Origin: a virus | Length of the DNA stretch: 64,000 nt | Reading direction: 5' to 3' (one strand) | IMG/VR virus record: IMGVR_UViG_3300025010_000005 | Coordinates: 1-64,000 of that record | Part shown: piece by piece, positions 55,705 through 64,000 of the stretch | Numbering within the stretch: the first letter of the stretch is position 1 | How the letters are laid out: each line of letters opens with the position of its first letter | Made by a program: the position numbers and the translations under genes | The notes under the pieces: model-generated | The model's input: only the letters and a program-made list of their open reading frames with translations | Told to the model about the DNA's origin: nothing | Databases searched by the model: none

Positions 55705-56016
55705 GTGTTAGAGAAGACTTTAAAAGATGGCACAAAGATTGTTATGAAAGAACTTTCTGCTCTCGAAGAAATGCTCGCCATTGAAATTATCAGCAAAGAT
55801 ATTGATGAAAGCAATGATATTAAAAATGGAATGCAACATCGCTTCGTAAGTTGTCTACTTTCAATCGTTAAAGTAGATGATGAAGATTTTATTGGCCCAA
55901 CCAATTTAGAAGAAGCTTATGCTTTGCTTGCAAATCTTCCTAGTAGAAAATGGAAACAAATTTTGGAAGTCCACGATGAGGTAAACTCAGACGAAGATGA
56001 GCTAAAAAAAAATTAA
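55705..56016 (+). CDS. Tail assembly chaperone (G)
   Basis: After tube genes; ends ELKKN over an A9 run. Confidence 0.75.
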   Translation: MLEKTLKDGTKIVMKELSALEEMLAIEIISKDIDESNDIKNGMQHRFVSCLLSIVKVDDEDFIGPTNLEEAYALLANLPSRKWKQILEVHDEVNSDEDELKKN

Positions 56017-56179
56017 TAGTTTAGCAGATAATTCTGTTTTTAAACAGTGTGTTTCCCTGGTTCAAGCTGGGTTTCCTTATAAAGTAGTTTTTGGAAATGA
56101 AAAACCAATGAACAGGATTTGGCGAAACGCTTCAATTATTGTGTTGAATGAATTAAATGGAACAGATGACGAGGATTAA
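56004..56179 (+). CDS. Frameshift extension of tail chaperone (T part, -2/+1 frame)
   Basis: A9 at 56004-56012; INSLADNSVFKQCVSLVQAGFPYKVVF...DDED stop 56177-56179; no own start/RBS. Confidence 0.7.
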
Positions 56180-56194
56180 TCCTCGTCTTTTTTT
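56168..56194 (+). terminator. Intrinsic terminator
   Basis: gacgagga-ttaa-tcctcgtc-T7. Confidence 0.85.
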
Positions 56195-56237
56195 ATTGTG
56201 AATGTATAATAATTTTTGAATGTAAAAGGAGTAAACA

Positions 56238-56861
56238 ATGATTAAGATTACAGATGCAAATGATGATAAACAATCGTTTACATTTTTAACAAGGGAATAT
56301 CCAGAAGAAATTAAATTTGATAAAAAAGCAACAATTAATCATATTGAATATGCTGGAGGATTCCAAACAAATCAATTAATTGGAGTATATAATCAACCTC
56401 TTGATTGGTCTGGATTGTTTTATGGAACATATAATGGTGAAAAAGGAACAATCTTAGCAAACCACAAAGCAAATACACTTCAAGGATTTGTTGGTAAAGT
56501 TGTTAACATAGAAATTAATGAACATAAAAAAATGTATCTAGTTGAATCTGTAGAATTGAAAGTAAAAAATCCAACAAATGTTGAATACTCGATTAAATTA
56601 GTTCCTCATCAAACAATGGAAAAAATTAAAATAGATGCAAATTCTACAATGAGAGTTGAATTTAAACCAGAGGATATTTCTAATGCTGCCGCTAACGCTG
56701 GAAAAAAGGGTGGTAAATTAAATTCAAAAGATGCTAAAAAAAAGGTTAAAGATGCCAATAAAGAAATTGCAAAAAAAACTGGCGGACATGATAAAGAATT
56801 TTCAGAAGGAACAAATCCTAAACCAAAAACACCAAAAAAAAGAAATACTATTTATTTATAA
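56238..56861 (+). CDS. Putative tail tube initiator/baseplate-proximal protein
   Basis: F...EYPE.I.F..H...GG...Q..G...WSG.F..Y.I.L pattern; in tail module. Confidence 0.55.
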   Translation: MIKITDANDDKQSFTFLTREYPEEIKFDKKATINHIEYAGGFQTNQLIGVYNQPLDWSGLFYGTYNGEKGTILANHKANTLQGFVGKVVNIEINEHKKMYLVESVELKVKNPTNVEYSIKLVPHQTMEKIKIDANSTMRVEFKPEDISNAAANAGKKGGKLNSKDAKKKVKDANKEIAKKTGGHDKEFSEGTNPKPKTPKKRNTIYL

Positions 56862-56871
56862 GGGGAAATAA

Positions 56872-59448
56872 ATGTCAGACTTTCAATATGATATTTCTGT
56901 AGTATTAAAAGCATTAGGTTTAAAAGAGACTTCAAAAGAGGCTCAAAATCTTCTTGGAAATTTAAATCAACTTAGTGGTGTCAAACTAAAAAATATCACT
57001 TCTATGACAACCGGGCAAGAAAAGCCATTTATGACTTATAATCTTGCAATTAGGGATGCAATCGCTCATAAAAAAGCCCTAAATGCAATGTCTGGTCTTA
57101 AAGAAGATCCATCTCGTATGTTCAGAATGACAATTGATCCAAAACCCTTTGAACAAGAACAACAAAGAATTCAAAAAGAAAAACAACAATTGGAAAAAAT
57201 CCGTCAAATGAAAGAAGATATGTATAAAAAACTCTTCATTCAGGCGGAAAATAAAACTGCAAAAGAAATTGAATTAGCACAAAAAGAACGACAAGCAAAA
57301 GAAAATATGTATCGCGGCATGTTTGCTATTATCGATCAGCAAGAACGAAAAGCTGCCGAGAAAAGCAGACAACGATCTGAAAAAAAATTAGAACAAGATC
57401 GAGTAAATACTAGAAAACAGCAAATAACATATACAAATATGTTTAAAAAAATTGAAGCAGATCAAGAAAGATCCATTAATAAAATGGTCTCTCATGGTCT
57501 TAAACTTGTTAAATTTAATCAAGATTCAGAATTTAATATTTTTAAAGCAAAATTAAAAACAAAAAATATTACAGATCAACTTGCTGGTGCATCTGCTCGT
57601 TTAGGAACTCAAGATGCCACAACACAATCTAAGATTCGTGTAGCAATTTCCAATTCAAATGCCGCATTACAACAAGCAACTTCTTTATATCAAAGATATT
57701 CAGAAGCAAGAATTCGTGGCGACGAACAAGCGGCAAGAATGCATAGACACGAAGCGGAAGTATTTGTTTCTACCGCTAGAAGTGCTGCAAATGAAGCAAC
57801 AAGATTAGCAAATAGACAAATAAGAGGAAACCAACAAGTATCCTCTTCTTATAGAGGATTGACTCAAAGCGTTCAAGGATTATATCATCAAATGAGAACG
57901 CTAAACCATGCATTTTACGCTTTTGGTGGATATTTAGCAATTAATACACTCAAAAGAGTTGATGGTTATTTTGTTAACGCCGGTAGAAGCGCTTTAAAAT
58001 ATGCTGACAATGTAAATAAAGCGCAATTATCAATGACCGCTTTAGGTATCGTTAAAACAGGTAAAAGTGAAGAACAAATTGATACGTTTGGAAATACAGA
58101 AGATAAAAAAACGTTAACAAGAGCAAGAAAGTTTTCAAAAGAAATGCATGCGCTACTTCAAGATGAAGCCGCAAAAACAGGTCAAGACTTCAATGAAGTT
58201 TATGGCGTTGTAAAAACACTTTTGCCCGATATGATGAATAAATTTAAGGGAAAAGGAAACTATCTTCTTGAGCATGGCGAAGAAGTTAAAGGATTAACTA
58301 AAGACTATGTTGAATTACTAAGTGCTTTGAAAATGGTTGATCCTCGTGGTGGAGATTTATTTTATCAAGCATTCCCAATTCAAAAAATGTTAACTGGTAG
58401 TGGAAAAGAGGATGGTGAAAATGCCGCACAAAACTTCCGTTCAGCGTTAAATAGATTAAATATTCGTGTTCTTGAAAAAGATCAAAAACTAATTACAAAA
58501 TATGCAACCCAAGGCAAAATGAGACAAGCCATGGATGAAGTTATGCGAATTATGAAAGCCTCTGGTGTTTCTGCTGCAACACTGGGAACTATGATGAGCA
58601 AAACAATGGAGCCAAACGTTGCTGGTACAATTTCATCATTGATGAGAATTAGAAATGTAATTACTGGGCCAACTTATGGAGCTTTCACGGAGTTCTTTAA
58701 AACAGTAAATCGTGGTTTTAGAGAAATTATGATGAACGACGGTTTTAACAAGCACCTAGAAAAAGTCGGTAAATCTATTAAAGAATTTATTCTTAAAGAT
58801 TTGCATATATTTACAAGAATGATGGATAGATTTGACGCAAACGGAATGTCTGGATGGAAAAAATTAATTGATGGAGCGGCAGAGTTTGGTAAAGCGATTT
58901 GGAATATTAACGTAAATATTCTGGAATTTTTTGCAGGTCTTTTTGGTATATCTAAAAATACAAGTATTGAAGGATACACAAAAGATTTAAAAACATTAAA
59001 TGTAGAGTTGGTTAAATCGAGAGATGCTGCGCGAGAACTTGGAAATAAATTTCATACAGCTTTTAGTTGGATTCAAAAAATTGTTGATCTAGTTGGAATA
59101 GAGACTTTAACTGGAGCTATAGTTGGTGGTGCGGTAACGGGCGGAAATCCTTTTGGAATCGTTGGAGGTGCTGCGATTGGTGGTGCTGTTAAACGAAGTA
59201 ATCAAGATGAAGAAATGCTTAAAAAAGGCGATTGGTTAGATAAATTAAAATGGCACATCGAAAATATGTTTACGCCATCGCTTATGCCAAGAGTAACTCC
59301 TTACGGGGAAAAGAAAAATGAACAAAAAACAAATAATGCTAAAAAAGAAAATAAAGGAACTACAATATCAATCGGAAGTATTACAATTAACGAACAAAAA
59401 AATGCAAAACAATTCGTTGATGGTTTAAATGGATATGGGGTTGCTTAA
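56872..59448 (+). CDS. Tape measure protein
   Basis: 858 aa helical, Gly-zipper near C-terminus; position. Confidence 0.85.
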   Translation: MSDFQYDISVVLKALGLKETSKEAQNLLGNLNQLSGVKLKNITSMTTGQEKPFMTYNLAIRDAIAHKKALNAMSGLKEDPSRMFRMTIDPKPFEQEQQRIQKEKQQLEKIRQMKEDMYKKLFIQAENKTAKEIELAQKERQAKENMYRGMFAIIDQQERKAAEKSRQRSEKKLEQDRVNTRKQQITYTNMFKKIEADQERSINKMVSHGLKLVKFNQDSEFNIFKAKLKTKNITDQLAGASARLGTQDATTQSKIRVAISNSNAALQQATSLYQRYSEARIRGDEQAARMHRHEAEVFVSTARSAANEATRLANRQIRGNQQVSSSYRGLTQSVQGLYHQMRTLNHAFYAFGGYLAINTLKRVDGYFVNAGRSALKYADNVNKAQLSMTALGIVKTGKSEEQIDTFGNTEDKKTLTRARKFSKEMHALLQDEAAKTGQDFNEVYGVVKTLLPDMMNKFKGKGNYLLEHGEEVKGLTKDYVELLSALKMVDPRGGDLFYQAFPIQKMLTGSGKEDGENAAQNFRSALNRLNIRVLEKDQKLITKYATQGKMRQAMDEVMRIMKASGVSAATLGTMMSKTMEPNVAGTISSLMRIRNVITGPTYGAFTEFFKTVNRGFREIMMNDGFNKHLEKVGKSIKEFILKDLHIFTRMMDRFDANGMSGWKKLIDGAAEFGKAIWNINVNILEFFAGLFGISKNTSIEGYTKDLKTLNVELVKSRDAARELGNKFHTAFSWIQKIVDLVGIETLTGAIVGGAVTGGNPFGIVGGAAIGGAVKRSNQDEEMLKKGDWLDKLKWHIENMFTPSLMPRVTPYGEKKNEQKTNNAKKENKGTTISIGSITINEQKNAKQFVDGLNGYGVA

Positions 59449-59449
59449 A

Positions 59450-59836
59450 ATGAATGAAGAATTATATACGACCGAAAATTATAATAATTTAGTCTCACTT
59501 AAAGATTACCTTCAATCTACAATCAATGAATTTTATGTAAATTATGATAACTTTGTTTTTGATGATAAACTTATTATTGCAGAAATAATTGACGAATATA
59601 AAACTATTATTTTTGAGTTAGAAAAGTTTATCATCATCTATAACCAAATTCAAACAGATATTAAAATTAAGAATCAATATACGGTAATTTATGGTGACAC
59701 GCTTCCAAGAGTTGCATTAAAATCAACTGGAAATGTTAACAACTGGAAGGCTATTTATAAATTTAATAATTTAAAAGATATATTTTTAACACCGGGAGAC
59801 ACACTAGATATACCAGAGGAATCTTATTATGAGTAA
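59450..59836 (+). CDS. LysM-domain baseplate protein
   Basis: YTVIYGDTL..VA...GN...W..I..FN.L...L.PG..L.IP. Confidence 0.85.
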   Translation: MNEELYTTENYNNLVSLKDYLQSTINEFYVNYDNFVFDDKLIIAEIIDEYKTIIFELEKFIIIYNQIQTDIKIKNQYTVIYGDTLPRVALKSTGNVNNWKAIYKFNNLKDIFLTPGDTLDIPEESYYE

Positions 59837-61010
59837 TGTTGGATATATCCCTATCGTTTTTGCCATTCTTGGCAAACAATATGTTATGTGTACATCATAT
59901 GACTTTGTTATTAATAATAAGAATGAAACTTCGACTTGTAATTTAACAATTCCTCTGGAAAACGTTGACACCACTATCTTCGCGTCTGATAGTGAATTTA
60001 GTAATATTGTTCCTGTTGAAATTTATAGTGGATATTTTAACGATATTGACCAAGTTAATATTATCTATAAAGATATTGCAGAAGGAAAAATTGGAAAACA
60101 ATTTAAGAAAAGATTCTCTGGTTATGTCTCTCAACCCGAATGGAAATTTGGAAAAGAGAGATTGTTAAATCTTGCTTGTTTGGATTGGACTGGATTCCTT
60201 CGTGAATTTAAGTTTGCAGACAATGTTGAGTCCAACTCAACTGAATGTAGTGCAATTGTTAATGTTATCAAATCCAGAGTCAAGGGAATTAATATTACAA
60301 TGGATAAACCACCTGGAAGTTATCTTCTTGGAGACAACGATAATAAGAGTAATAAACAAACCTATAATGCCTCTGGTAAAAGTTTATACGATGTTTTAAA
60401 AGATGTTGCAAACAAACTTGGTTACATTATTACGGTAGATGGAAATAACGTTCACCTTGGAAAATCTGGAACAATTGTTAACACTTGGCATTTTGATTAC
60501 AGCAATGAACATACAGATACAACAAAAACTTGTTTTGATGATCTTTGTTTTAGATTTGGTGAAAAGGGTAGAACGGACAAAGCAAATTTGGTCATTCGTG
60601 TTCTTGGTAGCGATCACACAAAAAAGGGTAAAGAAAAAAAGATCGAAGTCATTTATCCAGAAGGAACTAGAATAACTAAAGACACTCAGGTAAAGACTGT
60701 TAAGATTTATCTTGATATTAAAGCATCAGAAGCCAATGCTATTGCTAAAAACGAATATCATCGTAACGCAAAACGCGCAATCACAGGAACAATCAGTATT
60801 CCTTTTGCAAATAACGATATTAATATTTTGGATGCAATTGTTATAGATAGCAAGCAAGACGGTTTAAATGTTTTAAAAGATTATATATTTGGAATTAATA
60901 GCATCACGGAAACATTTGACGATAACGGATATTCACAATCAATTGAGTTTGAAAGTGATAAAACATTAACCAAAAGACCTGTAGTTAAATTACAAACAAA
61001 GAAGAAGTAG
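59829..61010 (+). CDS. Baseplate hub (gpD/gp27-like)
   Basis: V.IYSGY, F.G.V, L.C.D.T, GY...IEF; position. Confidence 0.75.
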   Translation: MSNVGYIPIVFAILGKQYVMCTSYDFVINNKNETSTCNLTIPLENVDTTIFASDSEFSNIVPVEIYSGYFNDIDQVNIIYKDIAEGKIGKQFKKRFSGYVSQPEWKFGKERLLNLACLDWTGFLREFKFADNVESNSTECSAIVNVIKSRVKGINITMDKPPGSYLLGDNDNKSNKQTYNASGKSLYDVLKDVANKLGYIITVDGNNVHLGKSGTIVNTWHFDYSNEHTDTTKTCFDDLCFRFGEKGRTDKANLVIRVLGSDHTKKGKEKKIEVIYPEGTRITKDTQVKTVKIYLDIKASEANAIAKNEYHRNAKRAITGTISIPFANNDINILDAIVIDSKQDGLNVLKDYIFGINSITETFDDNGYSQSIEFESDKTLTKRPVVKLQTKKK

Positions 61011-61020
61011 GTGATTTACT

Positions 61021-61647
61021 TTGACTGACGCTTATAGTCCAATTAGACGAATTTTCGAAGAAACAGATAAGAAGATTGAGGATACGAGGTGGATTGCTAC
61101 CGCAATCGTTCTTGAGGTTCGTAAAGAAGATAGAAAAATTCGTGTTGCAATTCTTCCCGATTTGATTGAATCAAATTGGATTAGAGTTTATTATTTGAAC
61201 GCTGGAGATAATTATCTCTCTGGGCCTTTGCCAGAAATTGATACTGAGGTTGTCTGTCTTTTCATTGGCGGAAACCCTAATGCGTGTTTTGTCCTTGCTG
61301 GTGGATTTCTGCAAGATGTAGACAAACCAGAGGATATTGAAGACGACTTTACCTTTCCAATTCAAGACAAGTATGGTAACAAAATAGTCATGAGTTCTAA
61401 AGGAATCGTTATCACTTCAAAACTTGTTCAGATTGGTGACAAAGATTTGTCTGATAACGATAATGTTGCAAGAAAAAGCGATTTAGACGCCTTGATTTCA
61501 GAATTTAATTCTCATAAATTATTAATGAAGTCTCATTATCATATTGGAAATATGGGCGCTCCGACGATATTAGATCCTACAATTGCTAGTCAAATTGTTG
61601 ATACCGATAAATCTGTTTGCAGCAAAACAGTAAAAGCAAAGGATTAA
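61021..61647 (+). CDS. Baseplate spike (gpV-like)
   Basis: S.WI, P.IDTEV...F.GG.P; FNSH..SHYH..G.PT metal-binding tip. Confidence 0.82.
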   Translation: MTDAYSPIRRIFEETDKKIEDTRWIATAIVLEVRKEDRKIRVAILPDLIESNWIRVYYLNAGDNYLSGPLPEIDTEVVCLFIGGNPNACFVLAGGFLQDVDKPEDIEDDFTFPIQDKYGNKIVMSSKGIVITSKLVQIGDKDLSDNDNVARKSDLDALISEFNSHKLLMKSHYHIGNMGAPTILDPTIASQIVDTDKSVCSKTVKAKD

Positions 61648-61651
61648 ATTT

Positions 61652-61954
61652 ATGCCATTAATCAAAGCAACCTTATATGAGAATATGAAAAGCACAATGA
61701 AGCCAGCAATTATAAGCGCATTAGAAGCATCAATGTCAAAAAAGGAGCCAATGACTATCGAACAATCTGCAGAAGCATTAGCGGAAGCATTATCAGAAAC
61801 CATTGCAAAAACAATTTCAGATAAAATTGATGATTATATTAAAGCGGCGACCGTAACTGTTACGGTCTCTACAATTACTGGTGTTACTGGTTGCAGTACC
61901 GGACCTGGAACAATTGTCTCTGGTGCTGGTACCGGAACAGCCGTTATTTCTTAA
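61652..61954 (+). CDS. Small baseplate/spike-associated protein
   Basis: LA..I...ID.YIK.A.V + Gly/Thr-rich tail; between spike and gp25. Confidence 0.55.
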   Translation: MPLIKATLYENMKSTMKPAIISALEASMSKKEPMTIEQSAEALAEALSETIAKTISDKIDDYIKAATVTVTVSTITGVTGCSTGPGTIVSGAGTGTAVIS

Positions 61955-61963
61955 GAGGTAAAA

Positions 61964-62395
61964 ATGAATAGATACGGAAATGATATTATTCTAAAAGATG
62001 GTGATTTTGTTACAACAAATAATGGAGATTTATTTACTTGTAGCGATTATGAAAAAACAGTTACAACTGAAGAATCTCAACCCAAATTTGAAGGATATTA
62101 CAATGTTTTATTTTCTTTGACTGATAGACTTTTAACTTTAAAGGGTGATAATATCTTTCATGAACAGTACGGAAGTGATTTATACAATCTTTTATCCAGA
62201 CCAAACTCGAACGATTTAAGCCAATCTTTGAGAAATTCAATTAGTGAATGTCTTCTTAAGGACGACAGGGTTAAAGAAATTTCAAGTATTGTTGTTGAAC
62301 AAAAAGATAACAAAGTATTTATTTCTGCTGATATTGTATTAATTGGAAGTGATGAAATATCACGATTTGTTTTTCCAAGTTTTATTGTGTCGTAA
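61964..62395 (+). CDS. Baseplate wedge/sheath initiator (gp25-like)
   Basis: RL.T.KG...H..YGS.L, L..D.RV. Confidence 0.85.
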   Translation: MNRYGNDIILKDGDFVTTNNGDLFTCSDYEKTVTTEESQPKFEGYYNVLFSLTDRLLTLKGDNIFHEQYGSDLYNLLSRPNSNDLSQSLRNSISECLLKDDRVKEISSIVVEQKDNKVFISADIVLIGSDEISRFVFPSFIVS

Positions 62396-62472
62396 ATGAA
62401 GCCCCTCGAAAGAGGGGTTTTTCCATTATATGAATGTATAATAATTTTTGATGTTCAAGAGAGGATGAATCA

Positions 62473-63612
62473 ATGCCAGAACGTAAAATTTATACGAACG
62501 CAGAAATCGTTCAAAAAATTATAACTGAGATTGGGAATAAATCAACAAATTTAACCGATATGGGTGAAGGTTCAAACATTCGTTCACTCGTTGATGCTTT
62601 TGCTTATTATGTAGAATATATGCAACTTCAAATTAACAATGCTTTTGAAAGTTTTAAAATGAGTAAAGCAAACGGGACAGATTTAGACAATCGTGTTAAA
62701 GATTTTGGAATTATTAGAAATTCTTCTACTCCCGCTTATGGTAATATTAAATTTGGTAGAAATACAGGAGCGCCTGCCGCTTTCGTTATATCTGCCGGAT
62801 CTCAAGTTTCAACTGTTCCAGATGTATTTGGTAATACAATTGACTATACTTTAGATAGTGATTTAACATTTGCTTCTGGTGCGTTAGCCGCTACAGGTCA
62901 AGTTACTTGTACCGTTGACGGAATCATTGGAAATGTACCTTCTGGTTATATAACAAATATTACAAGTTCAATTCCTGGTGTAGATTATGTAATTAACGAA
63001 GTGGCATATTATCCCGGTGCTAATGAAGAAACAGACGAAGCCTTAAAAAAGAGAGTTCCAATTTTTCTTAATGGTTTAAAAATGGGAAATGAAGACGCCA
63101 TTAAGTCTGCCGTTTCTGCCATTCCAGGCGTTACAATTGTAAGAGTTATTGAAGAACTTGGTCAAATTAATGTTTTCGTTTCAACTCAATCTGGTGTTTT
63201 AACAGATCAACAAAAACAAGATATGTTAACCGTTGCGGACAAAGCTGCTGCATTTGGAATTACTGTTAGTTTAACAACACCAACAATTGAACCAATCACA
63301 ATTTCATGTGATATTTCGTATGATGAAGATAATTATATTGAGAATGAATTAGCCGTAATTATTAAAGAAAAAATTAATAGTTTGGTTATTGCAAACTCAG
63401 AGATTAAAACAATTAATGGAATTTCCAAGCCAGTATTAAAACTTTCAGATATTATTGTAATGGTCAATTCAATTCCGGGTGTTGTTGATATTTCTGATGT
63501 TAAGATAAATAACATTGCATCAAATTATGTTGCAACTCAAATTTATAATGTTTTGAGATTTTCAAACAACGATTATACATCTGGAATCACATTAACAATG
63601 ACTGGTGAATAA
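62473..63612 (+). CDS. Baseplate J-like protein
   Basis: D...GS..R, A.G..LD...FG..R, G..GN, G...ETDE.L..R, A..IPGV. Confidence 0.9.
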   Translation: MPERKIYTNAEIVQKIITEIGNKSTNLTDMGEGSNIRSLVDAFAYYVEYMQLQINNAFESFKMSKANGTDLDNRVKDFGIIRNSSTPAYGNIKFGRNTGAPAAFVISAGSQVSTVPDVFGNTIDYTLDSDLTFASGALAATGQVTCTVDGIIGNVPSGYITNITSSIPGVDYVINEVAYYPGANEETDEALKKRVPIFLNGLKMGNEDAIKSAVSAIPGVTIVRVIEELGQINVFVSTQSGVLTDQQKQDMLTVADKAAAFGITVSLTTPTIEPITISCDISYDEDNYIENELAVIIKEKINSLVIANSEIKTINGISKPVLKLSDIIVMVNSIPGVVDISDVKINNIASNYVATQIYNVLRFSNNDYTSGITLTMTGE

Positions 63613-63614
63613 TT

Positions 63615-64000
63615 ATGGGAAATTTAAGTGTTGATGATATTGTCCAAAGAATTATGTTGGTTTTGCCAAGTAAATTTGATAAAGCTAATGACACAGATTT
63701 ATATGCTTTTTGGTATGGAATTGCTGCTGCGTTAGAAATTGATTCGGATTTGATTGATGAATTGTTCAAACAAACAAACCTTATTGGTTTAGCCAATGCT
63801 TCCAGTGGATATGTTGATGAATATATTAATAGTCTTGCTAATATAGGAAGATTAACTGACGAAACAGATGAAGATTATAAAGAAAGATATTCGAGCGTAT
63901 TATATAAATATAATTGTTCATCTGATGGAATTGCTTCGATTGTTTTAGATTTATATGGTCAAAATCCAGATGGTATGGTTTCAGCAAAAACAAGAGGAGC
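63615..64000 (+). CDS. Baseplate wedge protein (gpI-like), 3'-truncated
   Basis: Open frame to window end; LP, ASSG.VD, GR..DETDE.Y..R. Confidence 0.65.
   Translation, partial: MGNLSVDDIVQRIMLVLPSKFDKANDTDLYAFWYGIAAALEIDSDLIDELFKQTNLIGLANASSGYVDEYINSLANIGRLTDETDEDYKERYSSVLYKYNCSSDGIASIVLDLYGQNPDGMVSAKTRG

Noticed and set aside
56004-56024. Canonical -1 frameshift in tail chaperone
   Set aside because: The -1 frame hits TAG at 56022-56024 after three codons
1378-63796. Numerous short antisense or alternate-frame ORFs in the track
   Set aside because: Shadows of longer motif-bearing genes, without RBS or recognisable motifs
51901-64000. Extracellular contractile injection system or tailocin
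   Set aside because: Contiguous with capsid, neck and phage replication genes, so it is a true phage tail
1-64000. Alternative genetic code
   Set aside because: Conserved genes are intact in code 11, and TAA, TAG and TGA all end genes at sensible positions

Overview
AT-rich segment of a large tailed dsDNA phage with a contractile tail (myovirus); no host chromosomal genes or integrase are seen. Order: (1-8.5 kb) end of a class II ribonucleotide reductase, tRNA-Ile(UAU), dUTPase, dNMP kinase, DnaB-like helicase, primase; (8.5-13.1 kb, minus) a mosaic fibre/spike protein and a second virion protein; (13.3-26 kb) SSB, deaminase, a NARP1-like NAD+ reconstitution operon (Prs-like + HAD + Nampt-like), DenV-like glycosylase, RtcB and a family C polymerase (dnaE) split by a 1200-nt group I intron encoding a LAGLIDADG endonuclease; (26-40 kb) an early region of sigma70-type promoters with two paralogous Cys/Zn proteins, an SNF2 helicase, an M28-type peptidase, wHTH genes and a possible genome-end/origin region; (40.3-45.9 kb, minus) transglycosylase, a roughly 320-nt highly structured non-coding element, RNase H, ferredoxin-thioredoxin reductase catalytic subunit, SLOG and HAD proteins; (46-64 kb) protease/scaffold, free-standing endonuclease, capsid, neck, sheath, four tandem tube paralogues, a tail chaperone with a -2/+1 shift, tape measure and baseplate. 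All calls are from motif recognition by eye; no searches were run.
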